Positions 8,420 through 16,944 of a stretch of 64,000 nt of DNA are shown one piece after another. Source of the DNA: Elusimicrobiota bacterium (GTDB lineage Bacteria > Elusimicrobiota > Elusimicrobia > UBA1565); contig JBDREN010000218.1 of NCBI GenBank assembly GCA_043819795.1, forward strand, positions 36,857 to 100,856, in the 5' to 3' direction. Each line of letters begins with the position of its first letter. The first letter of the stretch is position 1. Below the pieces are notes generated by a model. That model was not told the origin of the DNA, made no database searches, and saw nothing but the letters and a program-made list of their open reading frames with translations. The position numbers and the translations under genes were made by a program.

Positions 8420-9123
8420 AGAACCAGTCACGAGCCGCGTGCGCCGTCGCGGCGGCCGCGCTGCTCATGAGCGGCTGCGCCATGAAGTTCGGCCGCGGCC
8501 AGACGAAGGTGGTCCTCCGGGACTTCGCCGAGGGCCGGGTCGTGCAGGTGGCCATCACGGACCGCCTCACCGGGACGAAGGAGATGCTCTTCATCTCGAT
8601 GCCGAAGACGTCTTTGTTCCTCGAAGGGTACATCCAGGGCATCGTGACCGACTACGAAGACAACCCCATCCAGGGGGTCGTGGTCCGCGCCCTGGCCAAG
8701 GGCGAGGCCAAGCTCGTCGCCAAGGGCGAGGCCGCCTTCCAGACCTCCTCCTTCGACGCCGGCGTGAGCGACTCGAACGGGATCTACCGCATCCGCTTCA
8801 GCCTGCCGGTCGTCAAGGAGCGGGTGGACGTCCGCGGCACGCTCCGCTACAATCCCGGCTGGGAGCAGGAGCTGCAGAACCTCGGCAAGGCCTACAGGCC
8901 GCAGACGGACGAGTCCCCGTTCTGGCTCTTCTTCGACATGAAGGAGGGGATGCTGGTCTTCGCCGAGGGGGTCCGCAAGGTGGTCGTCCAGCCCGTCGAG
9001 ACCGGGAAGCGCGCCCCGGGCCGCGCCCTGCCCGGAGCCAAGCCTCCGGCCCCCACGACGCCCGCGGCGGCGGAGAAGCCCTCCGAGGACCTCTTCGAAG
9101 GCTTCGGCTTCGGCAATCCCTGA
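8416..9123 (+). CDS. lipoprotein with carboxypeptidase-regulatory-like (CarbopepD_reg) beta-sandwich domain
   Basis: Lipobox LLMSGC. Motif GIVTDYEDNPIQGVVVRAL. Overlaps the motB stop by 4 nt (ATGA), indicating translational coupling. Confidence 0.55.
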   Translation: MKNQSRAACAVAAAALLMSGCAMKFGRGQTKVVLRDFAEGRVVQVAITDRLTGTKEMLFISMPKTSLFLEGYIQGIVTDYEDNPIQGVVVRALAKGEAKLVAKGEAAFQTSSFDAGVSDSNGIYRIRFSLPVVKERVDVRGTLRYNPGWEQELQNLGKAYRPQTDESPFWLFFDMKEGMLVFAEGVRKVVVQPVETGKRAPGRALPGAKPPAPTTPAAAEKPSEDLFEGFGFGNP

Positions 9124-9295
9124 AGCTCCCCGACGGCATCTGCCGGGCGCGGGGGGATGCCCGCGGCGCAGGCCGCCAACGCCGCACTGAAGGGCGCCCG
9201 GCTCGGCGCCCCTGCCGGGGTCGACGCCGCGCCGGTCATCGGCCTCGCGCGAGTCCCCGGAAGAATTGATACAATCGGGTCGTAGTGGAGATGGC

Positions 9296-9757
9296 ATGAG
9301 GAGAGCTTTTTGCGTCTTCATCGGGGCGTCGCTGATCGGCTGCGCCGTCGCGACCCGGGAGGACCGCATCACGCGGGACATGTCCGACGAAGTGGCCCGT
9401 TCGGAGCGCGGGGCCTTCGAGAGCCATACCCGCGCGCGTCTGGCGGCGCTCGAGCGCAGCCTCAACGACTTCATCCGGGCCGAGGGCCGCATCCCGGCGA
9501 GTCTCGACGAGCTCGTGCCGCAGTATCTGGCCGAGATCCCGGAGGTCGAGCTCGGCGTCGCCGGGCATAAGGATACGAGCGCCGTCGTCTATTATGACCA
9601 GGATGTGATCAGCGACGGCCAGGTGAACGGGGCGCTGCTGCGGGATTCCGGCGGGTGGGGTTACGTGTTCAGCGACAGGCAGGTCGTCGTCTTCATCGAC
9701 TGCACGCACAAGCGGATGGACGGAGAGTTCTGGTACAAGGCGCGCGGTGTCTACTAG
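9296..9757 (+). CDS. lipoprotein with GspG/pseudopilin-like domain (no prepilin leader)
   Basis: Lipobox SLIGCA after ATG 9296 (GGAG 8 nt upstream). The region ARSERGAFESHTRARLAALERSLNDFIRAEGRIPASLDELVPQYLAEIPEVELG resembles the T2SS GspG helix-loop-beta fold sequence pattern. Confidence 0.45.
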   Translation: MRRAFCVFIGASLIGCAVATREDRITRDMSDEVARSERGAFESHTRARLAALERSLNDFIRAEGRIPASLDELVPQYLAEIPEVELGVAGHKDTSAVVYYDQDVISDGQVNGALLRDSGGWGYVFSDRQVVVFIDCTHKRMDGEFWYKARGVY

Positions 9758-10865
9758 AAGTCATCCCAAGACCTCCCTTCACGTCCTCCTCGTCTGCGGC
9801 GGGAAGTCCGCGGAGCGGGAGGTTTCGCTCGCGTCCGCCTCCGCCATCCTAAGAAACCTGGATCCCCGCAAATACTCGGTCACGGCGGCCGTCATCGGCC
9901 CCTCGGGCCGGTGGACGCTGCCGCAGGATCCGCGCCGGGCCGGCCTCGACTGGGACTACCCGCGAGGGAGGGGGCGCCGGCGGGTGCTCGCGATAGACCC
10001 GGCGCGCGGGTTCTCCTTCTCCCTGCGCGGGAGGTCCGGCGGAGGGCGCGCGCCGGACGTGGTATTCCCCGTCCTGCACGGTCCCAACGGCGAGGACGGG
10101 ACGATCCAGGGGATGCTGGAGTTCGCGGGGCTCCCGTACGTCGGATGCGGGGTGCTGAGTTCCGCTCTGGGGATGGACAAGGAGTATCCCAAGCGCCTCG
10201 CGGCCCAGGAGGGAGTCGACGTCCTGCCCTACGCGGTGCTGCCTTCTCCCCGGGCCCTGCGGGAGCGCCGCGGGTGGGCCCGGCGGGTCTCTCGCCTGGG
10301 ACTGCCGCTGTTCGTCAAGCCCGCGCGCCTGGGCTCGTCGGTCGGCATCAGCAAGGTCTGCCGCCGCTCGGGCCTGGACGAGGCGCTGCGCCTGGCCTTC
10401 CGCTTCGACACCAAGGTGATCGTCGAGGCCGGGATCGACGCGCGGGAGATCGAGGTGGCCGTGCTGGGCGACACGGTCCGCGCCGAGGCCTCCGGGTGCG
10501 GGGAGATCCGCCCCCGGGCGGGCTTCTATGACTATGAGGCCAAGTACGTCGATCCCGACGGAGCGGAGCTCCTCATCCCCGCCCCCCTGGACCGGCGGAC
10601 AGCGCGGAAGGCGCGCGCGTGGGCCGTCCGCATGTTCCAGGCCGTGGACGGATACGGCATGGCGCGCGTCGACTTCCTCGTGGACAAGCGCAGCGGGCGG
10701 CTGTACTTCAACGAGGTGAACACCATCCCGGGCTTCACGACGATCAGCCTGTTCCCGCGCCTGTGGGGAGCCGCCGGCCTTCCCTTCGGGAAGCTTCTGG
10801 ACCGCCTCATCGCCCTTGCGCTCGAGCGCCAAAAGGCGCGCTCCCGCGTGAGGACCCGCCTCTGA
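9747..10865 (+). CDS. ddl: D-alanine--D-alanine ligase
   Basis: LHGPNGEDGTIQGMLEFAGLPYVGCGVLSSALGMDK; LFVKPARLGSSVGISKV; EVNTIPGFT. GTG start overlaps the previous stop. Confidence 0.9.
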   Translation: MSTRSHPKTSLHVLLVCGGKSAEREVSLASASAILRNLDPRKYSVTAAVIGPSGRWTLPQDPRRAGLDWDYPRGRGRRRVLAIDPARGFSFSLRGRSGGGRAPDVVFPVLHGPNGEDGTIQGMLEFAGLPYVGCGVLSSALGMDKEYPKRLAAQEGVDVLPYAVLPSPRALRERRGWARRVSRLGLPLFVKPARLGSSVGISKVCRRSGLDEALRLAFRFDTKVIVEAGIDAREIEVAVLGDTVRAEASGCGEIRPRAGFYDYEAKYVDPDGAELLIPAPLDRRTARKARAWAVRMFQAVDGYGMARVDFLVDKRSGRLYFNEVNTIPGFTTISLFPRLWGAAGLPFGKLLDRLIALALERQKARSRVRTRL

Positions 10866-13114
10866 TGGGACGCGGACGCTTCTATCTGCTCGCGGCCGTG
10901 ATCCTCGGAAGCGTCCTCTTCGCGGGCTGGGGCACGCGCGGGTTCCTCACGGGCCTTCCCTCCTACGACCGTTTCGAGGAGTACCAGCCCTCTCTGAGCA
11001 CTCGCGTCTACGACGTCCGCGGGGAGGTGATCGCCGAGCTCTCCATCGAGAAGCGGGCGCTCCTGACCCTCGCGCACATCCCCGTGGACCTGCAGAACGC
11101 CGTCCTCGCGATCGAGGACTCCCGGTTCTTCGACCACTGGGGCGTGTCCGTGCGGGGCATGATGCGGGCGGCGGCGCGCAACTTCCTGGCCGGACGGGTC
11201 GTGCAGGGGGGCTCGACGCTGACGCAGCAGCTGGCGAAGCTCATCTTCCTCACCCCGGAGCGGAAGATCGTCCGCAAGGTCAAGGAGGCCCTGCTGGCGG
11301 TCCAGATGGAGCGCAACCTGAGCAAGGAGGAGATCTTCCAGTTCTACCTGAACCAGATCTACTTCGGGCACGGGGCCTACGGCGTCCTCTCCGCTTCCCA
11401 CATCTACTTCGGCAAGGACGTCAAGGAACTGACGCTGTCCGAGTGCGCGCTGTTGGCCGGGCTCATCAAATACCCGGGGGGCTATTCGCCGTTCAAGCAC
11501 CCGAAGCGGGCCGAAGCCCGGCGCGAACTGGTCCTGCGGCGCATGCTGCGGGAGGGGTTCATCGAGCGCGAGGAGATGCTGGCGGCGCTCAAGGATCCGA
11601 TCCCCGCCGAGCGTCCGACCATGACGGGCATCCAGGCGCCGTATTTCGTCGAGGACGTGCGGCGGCAGCTGGAGCCGAAGTTCGGGTACAATGCGCTCTG
11701 GCGCGGCGGCCTGAAGATCCATACGACCCTCGACATGGACATCCAGCGGGTCGCCGAGGAGGAGATGGAGGCGGCCCTCGGCGAGTTCGACGAGCGGGCC
11801 TACAAGGAATGGGAGCGGCAGCTCACCGAGGACCTGGAGGCGGGCATCGAGCCGCCCTCGGTCTCCACGATGCCGCCGGCCAACGTCCAGGGGGTCTTCC
11901 TGGTCCTCGACGTGAAGTCCGGCGCGGTCCGGGCCATGATCGGCGGCCGGGGCGATCAGTTCAACCGGGCCGTGCAGGCCCAGCGGCAGCCGGGCTCGAC
12001 CTTCAAGCCGTTCGTATGGGGGGCCGCCCTGAACTCGGGGCTGACGGGGATGTCGCTGGTGGAGGACGCGCCGCTCGCCTACTATTACGACGGGCGGGAC
12101 TGGCGCCTGCTCGAGGGCGCCACGGACCAGTACGCGATCAATCTGGCCACGGCGGTCTTCGTCGGCTCGACCGACTTCAGGGTCTGGGTGCCGAACAACT
12201 TCGACGGCAAGTTCCTCGGCGTCATCACCCTGCGCAAGGGCCTGGCGCTCTCGCGCAACGTGGCCTCGGTGCGGCTCATCGAGCACATAGGCCCGCCGCT
12301 GGTCGTGGAGCTGGCCCACAAGGCGGGCATCCGCTCGCGGCTGGCGCCTGTGCTGTCCTTGGGGCTCGGGTCCTCCGTGGTGAGCCCGCTCGAGCTGGGC
12401 AACGCCTTCCAGACCTTCGCCAACGGCGGCATCCACGTGCGTCCCCATTCCGTGGTCCTCGTGAAGGACGCGCGGGGGCGGATCCTCGAGCGGCACGTCC
12501 CGCGCGAGGAGGAGGCGCTCTCGCCCCAGACGGCATACCTCATCACCCACCTCCTGAAGGTGGTCGTCGAGCAGGGGACGGGACGGCGGGCCCGCGAGCT
12601 CAAGCGCCCGCTCGCCGGAAAGACCGGCACGACGAACGACAACCGCGACCTCTGGTTCGTGGGATTCACCCCGGACCTGCTGGCCGTCGCCTGGATGGGC
12701 CGCGACGACGACACCACTCTGGGGCGAAAGCTTTCGAGCGGCTCGATGCTCGTGCCCTGGTGGACCAAGATCATGAAGCGCGTCCTCAAGGACTATCCGC
12801 CGCGCGACTTCCCCGTTCCCGACGATATCGTATTCATGAAGGTGGACGCTGAGACGGGGTTCTTGGCCCTGCCGACCTGCCCGCGGCAGGCTCTTCAGGC
12901 CTTCCTGAAGGGAACCGAGCCCGACCGCTACTGTCCCTACGACCATACCGAGCCCCTGGAGCTGCAGGCCGACTTCTCGGTGTCCGGAGACATGGAGGGC
13001 GCGTTCGTGGATCTGGACGAGGAGCCGAGGCCGTCGCGGCGCTCCGAGGGCCAGGACCTGCCCAGCTTGCCGAGCGACCAGGAGCTCGAGGCCCTCTCGG
13101 AGACCGACTTCTGA
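10865..13114 (+). CDS. mrcA: class A penicillin-binding protein (transglycosylase + transpeptidase), PBP1A-like
   Basis: GT51 motifs (EDSRFFDHWGVS, GGSTLTQQLAK). Transpeptidase motifs (STFKPF, KTGTTND). N-terminal TM. The ATG at 10865 overlaps the ddl stop (TGATG). Confidence 0.9.
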   Translation: MGRGRFYLLAAVILGSVLFAGWGTRGFLTGLPSYDRFEEYQPSLSTRVYDVRGEVIAELSIEKRALLTLAHIPVDLQNAVLAIEDSRFFDHWGVSVRGMMRAAARNFLAGRVVQGGSTLTQQLAKLIFLTPERKIVRKVKEALLAVQMERNLSKEEIFQFYLNQIYFGHGAYGVLSASHIYFGKDVKELTLSECALLAGLIKYPGGYSPFKHPKRAEARRELVLRRMLREGFIEREEMLAALKDPIPAERPTMTGIQAPYFVEDVRRQLEPKFGYNALWRGGLKIHTTLDMDIQRVAEEEMEAALGEFDERAYKEWERQLTEDLEAGIEPPSVSTMPPANVQGVFLVLDVKSGAVRAMIGGRGDQFNRAVQAQRQPGSTFKPFVWGAALNSGLTGMSLVEDAPLAYYYDGRDWRLLEGATDQYAINLATAVFVGSTDFRVWVPNNFDGKFLGVITLRKGLALSRNVASVRLIEHIGPPLVVELAHKAGIRSRLAPVLSLGLGSSVVSPLELGNAFQTFANGGIHVRPHSVVLVKDARGRILERHVPREEEALSPQTAYLITHLLKVVVEQGTGRRARELKRPLAGKTGTTNDNRDLWFVGFTPDLLAVAWMGRDDDTTLGRKLSSGSMLVPWWTKIMKRVLKDYPPRDFPVPDDIVFMKVDAETGFLALPTCPRQALQAFLKGTEPDRYCPYDHTEPLELQADFSVSGDMEGAFVDLDEEPRPSRRSEGQDLPSLPSDQELEALSETDF

Positions 13115-13165
13115 TCCGCGTCCCTCCCCTACGTGGAGGGATCGCGCGTTGTTGTGTGCCCAGTT

Positions 13166-13200
13166 CTCCCTCTCCCCGCGGGAGAGGGTCGGGGTGAGGG
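13166..13200. repeat. solo copy of GC hairpin CCCTCTCC-CCGCG-GGAGAGGG with CACCCCGAC flank (inverted relative to the 39.3-kb copies)
   Basis: Reverse complement matches CACCCCGACCCTCTCCCGCGGGGAGAGGG, present twice at 39385-39420 and 39540-39575. Confidence 0.7.
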
Positions 13201-13237
13201 GTCCCGGCCGCTATATCTTGCCGTCGCCCTCGCCGGA

Positions 13238-13270
13238 GCTTCCTTGACCAGCCATGTCTGAATAAATAGA
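13238..13270 (+). promoter_or_regulatory. sigma70-like promoter for small ORF (TTGACC, 17-nt spacer, TAGATT), then AGGAGG RBS at 13289-13294
   Basis: AT-rich pocket (gtctgaataaatagattgtcaatagg) immediately upstream of 13305 ATG. Confidence 0.35.
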
Positions 13271-13304
13271 TTGTCAATAGGAAACAGTTCAGGAGGGCGA
13301 GCGC

Positions 13305-13565
13305 ATGGGAGAAATGGAAGAGAAGGAGATCGGCGTGATCACCCATTATTTCGGCAACGTCTCCGTGGGGATCATCGAGTTGAGCGACGACTTGAAGGTG
13401 GGGGACTCCATCCACATCAAGGGCGCTCACGACGATCTCACTCAGACGGTGGACTCGATGGAGATCGACCACGTGGAGGTCCGGGAGGGCAAGAAGGGGC
13501 AGATCGTGGGCGTCAAGGTGGCGGGCAAGGTCCATCCCCACGACAAGGTCCACAAAACGGCGTGA
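13305..13565 (+). CDS. small hypothetical protein with EF-Tu domain-2-like beta-barrel signature
   Basis: 86 aa. GVITHYFGNVSVGIIELSDDLKVGDSIHIKG resembles translation-factor beta-barrel domains. Strong RBS. Confidence 0.5.
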   Translation: MGEMEEKEIGVITHYFGNVSVGIIELSDDLKVGDSIHIKGAHDDLTQTVDSMEIDHVEVREGKKGQIVGVKVAGKVHPHDKVHKTA

Positions 13566-13663
13566 GGCGGCGGTAGACGCATCCGGAGACGCGCGCCCGG
13601 CACGGCGCACCCCGCCGGGGTCGACGCCGCGCCGCCCGGTCCGGAGCCGCGAGCGAGGAGAGC

Positions 13664-13687
13664 GCGTACCGAGAGGAATCCCTTCGG
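13664..13687. terminator. bidirectional hairpin GAGGAATCCC-TTCG-GGGATTCCTC between convergent genes
   Basis: Perfect 10-bp stem with UUCG tetraloop between the 13305 gene (+) and alr (-). The flanks are only weakly U-rich. Confidence 0.45.
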
Positions 13688-13730
13688 GGATTCCTCGTCG
13701 TGTATTCCGGCGTCGCGGAAAGGGGCCGTC

Positions 13731-14792
13731 TCAGACGTATACGCGGGGGAGGCGCGCGCTCGCGGCCGTGCGGCGGACCGGCAGGGAGACCACGTCTCCG
13801 AGGCGGACCTTCGGCACGCCGCTGACGTCGACGAGGACGTGCGAGATGCCGCAGCGGCCGACGAACGGGACGCGCCGGTCGCGCAGCCAGCCCCAATAGT
13901 GGAAGGCGCGGCCGAATCCGATGAAGCGCTCGGCGGGCTCCATGGTGAGCCCGTCCGCGTAGCCGACGGGCAGGGCCGCCACCGTCATGCGCCGCGGAGC
14001 CAGGTACTCGCTGGCGTAGCCGATCGAGCGCCCCTTGCCGACCTCCTTCAGGGAGGTGATGCGGGCGTTGAGCCGCCAGGGCTTCGTGAGCCCGGCTTCC
14101 TTGCCCGTGGGGTTGATCCCGTAGACCAGGTTGCCGATCCGGACCATGTCCATCTGCCAGTGGGGGAAGTCCATGAGGATGGACGTGTTCGCGCAGTGGC
14201 GGACGAGGTCCGGGTGCGTCTTGCGCGCTCTCGCGGCGATGCGGTTGAAGCGGCGAAGCTTCTCCTCCGCCTCCACGGCGTTTTTGCCGGGCACGTAGTC
14301 CAGATGCGTCGAGAGCCCTACGGCGCGCAGGCCCTTGAGGCGGGCGATCCGTCCGAGAAAGTCGGGAAGATCCTTCTGCGGCATGCCCCATCGCCCGAGG
14401 CCGAAATCGAGGTCGACATGGACCGGGACCGGACGCCTCGCCGCCTTCCCGAGCGCCCGGGCCAGCTCCCAGGAGTCCACCGTCGGCTCCACTCGGGCAC
14501 GCGCGACGGCGGCGGCCTCCTCCGCGAGCGGCGGGCTCAGGACGACGATGCGCGACCTGATGCCGCGTTCGCGCAGCTCCAGCGCCTCCTGGAGCGTCAG
14601 CACGCCCAGGCAGTCCGCTCCCTCGGCCTCGGCCAAGCGGGAGACGCGCTCGGCGCCGTGCCCGTAGGCGTCCGCCTTGACGACGGCCATGAAGCGCACG
14701 CCGGGGGCCAGACGCTTGCGGATCCAGCGCAGGTTGGCCGCGATCGCGCCGAGGTCGATCTCGATCCATTTTAGATGGTAGGAGTCGGTCAT
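13731..14792 (-). CDS. alr: alanine racemase
   Basis: PLP site AVVKADAYGHG. The track ORF extends to 14846 via GTG. ATG 14792 (MTDSYHLKWIEIDL) is the likelier start. Confidence 0.85.
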   Translation of the reverse strand: MTDSYHLKWIEIDLGAIAANLRWIRKRLAPGVRFMAVVKADAYGHGAERVSRLAEAEGADCLGVLTLQEALELRERGIRSRIVVLSPPLAEEAAAVARARVEPTVDSWELARALGKAARRPVPVHVDLDFGLGRWGMPQKDLPDFLGRIARLKGLRAVGLSTHLDYVPGKNAVEAEEKLRRFNRIAARARKTHPDLVRHCANTSILMDFPHWQMDMVRIGNLVYGINPTGKEAGLTKPWRLNARITSLKEVGKGRSIGYASEYLAPRRMTVAALPVGYADGLTMEPAERFIGFGRAFHYWGWLRDRRVPFVGRCGISHVLVDVSGVPKVRLGDVVSLPVRRTAASARLPRVYV

Positions 14793-14807
14793 AGCGCCCG
14801 AATTATA

Positions 14808-14821
14808 TAGCAAATTTGCTA
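14808..14821. promoter_or_regulatory. perfect 14-bp AT-rich palindrome TAGCAAATTTGCTA in alr/hemA divergent promoter region
   Basis: Lies 16 bp upstream of the alr ATG, flanked by TATATA and AAAATATA -10-like boxes. Candidate operator. Confidence 0.35.
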
Positions 14822-14884
14822 AAATATACCCAATCGCGGTCCTCACGCCTCGCCCAGGTACCGGCCGGCGGACCGCGGACCAAC

Positions 14885-15985
14885 GTGTCCCTACTGCTTG
14901 TCGGCGTCAATCATAGGTCCTGTCCGGTGGAGGTGCGGGAGCGGCTCGCATCCCTCGGAGCTCCGGCCGCGCGCGAATCTCTCGCCGCCGAGGGCTGGAC
15001 GGAGACGATCGTCGTCGCCACCTGCAACCGCTTCGAGGTCTACGTCGCGGGCACGGGGCCTTCCGACGGCTCGTCTCTCGAAGCGCTGGCCGCTTCTCTC
15101 GACCGCTTCGCCGGCCTCCCCGTTTCCCGGCACGCCTACCGCCTGTCCGGGGCCGATGCCGCCGGCCATCTCTTCGAGGTGGCCGCCGGGCTGGATTCGC
15201 TGGTGCTCGGAGAGGGCGAGATCCTCGGCCAGGTGAAGCAGGCCTACGAAGCGGCCCGCGAGGCTGAGACGACCGCCAAGCTGACGAACGTGCTTTTCCA
15301 GCGTTCCCTGTTCGTGGGGAAGGCCGTGCGCAACCTGACGCAGATCAGCATGGGGCAGCTGTCGGTGGCCGCGGTGGCCGTCGAGCTCGCCAAGCGTATC
15401 TTCGGCGGTCTCCGAGAGAGCGGGGTCATGATCCTCGGCGCCGGCGAGACGGCCGAGAAGACGGCGCGCCATCTCATCAGCGCCAAGGTGGCGCGGCTCC
15501 ACATCGCCAACCGGACCTGGGAGAGGGCGCAGGCGCTCGCCGCGTCCCTGCGCGCCGACCCCGTCCGGTGGCAGACGTTCCACAGGCTGCTGGGGCGCGT
15601 CGACATCGTCGTGGCCTCGACCGGCGCGCCGGAGCCCGTCCTGACGCGGGAGATGGTGGAAGCCGCGGCGGCGCAGCGCCGGGGACGCTCCCTCTTCATC
15701 ATCGACATCGCCATGCCGCGCGACGTCCAGGAGACGGTGGGCGACCTGGACGGGGTCTACCTGTACCGTCTGGAGGACCTCCAGGCCATCGGGGACGAGA
15801 ACGCCGCGCGGCGTCAGGAGGCGATCAGCGCCGCGCGCGGGATCGTGCGCCGGGCGGCGCTGGACTTCGGGGCCTGGATGGAGTCCCTGCGCTCCGGACC
15901 CGAGATCAGCCTGCGGCATCACCCCTTGCGGAGCGGGAGCCCTGTGCCCGCGGGCTCTCAAAGCATTTCCCGATCCTCTTCATGA
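14885..15985 (+). CDS. hemA: glutamyl-tRNA reductase
   Basis: N-terminus VSLLLVGVNHRSCPVEVRERLA is the conserved HemA start. NAD-binding GAGETAEK region. The track start TTG 14816 lies inside the palindrome. GTG 14885 is preferred. Confidence 0.8.
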   Translation: MSLLLVGVNHRSCPVEVRERLASLGAPAARESLAAEGWTETIVVATCNRFEVYVAGTGPSDGSSLEALAASLDRFAGLPVSRHAYRLSGADAAGHLFEVAAGLDSLVLGEGEILGQVKQAYEAAREAETTAKLTNVLFQRSLFVGKAVRNLTQISMGQLSVAAVAVELAKRIFGGLRESGVMILGAGETAEKTARHLISAKVARLHIANRTWERAQALAASLRADPVRWQTFHRLLGRVDIVVASTGAPEPVLTREMVEAAAAQRRGRSLFIIDIAMPRDVQETVGDLDGVYLYRLEDLQAIGDENAARRQEAISAARGIVRRAALDFGAWMESLRSGPEISLRHHPLRSGSPVPAGSQSISRSSS

Positions 15986-16944
15986 GCCGTCTGCGCCTCG
16001 GAACGCGGGGCTCCGCGCTGGCCCGCGCCCAGTCGCGGTGGGTCGCCGACCGCTTGCGCGAGGCGCATCCCGGCCTGGACGTCGAGCTGGTCGTCATCTC
16101 CACCAGCGGCGACCGGTTCAGCGAGGCCATGAACGCGCCGGTCCCCCCGGGGCGGGGGCCGCGCGCCGCCGAGGCCGAGCCGCCCGCTCCCGACGGATCG
16201 CCGAACGTCAAGGCCATGTTCGTCAAGGAGATCGAGTCCGCGCTGCTCGACGGCGGTGTCGATCTCGGAGTCCATTCCGCCAAGGACCTTCCGGCGGAGC
16301 TCCCGGAGGGCCTCGTGGTGAGCGCCTATCCGTGGCGCGAAGACCCGCGCGACGTGTTCATCGGCGGCCCGGCCTGCCGCACTTGGCGCCGGCTTCCCGC
16401 GGGCAGCGTGATCGGGACCGCCTCCCTGCGCCGCAGGATCCAGCTGGGCCAAAGCAGGCCCGACGTCACGTTCGAGACGGTCCGCGGGAACGTGGATACC
16501 CGCCTGCGGAAGCTGGAGGCGGGCGGCGTCTCCGGGCTCGTGCTCGCCTTGGCCGGACTCAGGCGCCTCGGGCGGGAGGCCGTGCCTCACGAGGTGCTTT
16601 CGCCCGACCTCCTGGTCCCGGCTCCGGGGCAGGGGGCGCTCGCGATCGAGGCGCGCTCCGACCGCGAGGACGTGCGGGAGGCGCTGAGGCCCTTGGCCGA
16701 CGAGCGGACGCGCTTGGAGGTGGAGCTCGAGCGCGCCTTCCTTCGCGAGGCGGGAGGCGGCTGCTCGACCCCGCTCGGGGCGCTGGCGCGCGTCGAGGAC
16801 GGCGAGGTCCTCGTTCGCGTATTCTGGTCCGATCCGGACGGCCGCAACCCGGCGCGCTTCTCCCTCCGGGGGGGCACGCGGCCCGAGGAGCTCGCCGCGC
16901 TGGTGGACGGCCTTCGCGGCCGCCTGGAAGAAGAGCGCTCTTGA
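15982..16944 (+). CDS. hemC: porphobilinogen deaminase (hydroxymethylbilane synthase)
   Basis: MSRLRLGTRGSALARAQS...; AMFVKEIE; GTASLRRR; GNVDTRL. ATGA overlap with hemA. Contains a ~19-aa Pro/Ala-rich extra loop (see findings). Confidence 0.85.
   Translation: MSRLRLGTRGSALARAQSRWVADRLREAHPGLDVELVVISTSGDRFSEAMNAPVPPGRGPRAAEAEPPAPDGSPNVKAMFVKEIESALLDGGVDLGVHSAKDLPAELPEGLVVSAYPWREDPRDVFIGGPACRTWRRLPAGSVIGTASLRRRIQLGQSRPDVTFETVRGNVDTRLRKLEAGGVSGLVLALAGLRRLGREAVPHEVLSPDLLVPAPGQGALAIEARSDREDVREALRPLADERTRLEVELERAFLREAGGGCSTPLGALARVEDGEVLVRVFWSDPDGRNPARFSLRGGTRPEELAALVDGLRGRLEEERS

Noticed and set aside
10532-12946. 804-aa minus-strand ORF
   Set aside because: Antisense to the PBP1A gene, which has unambiguous GT51 and transpeptidase motifs.
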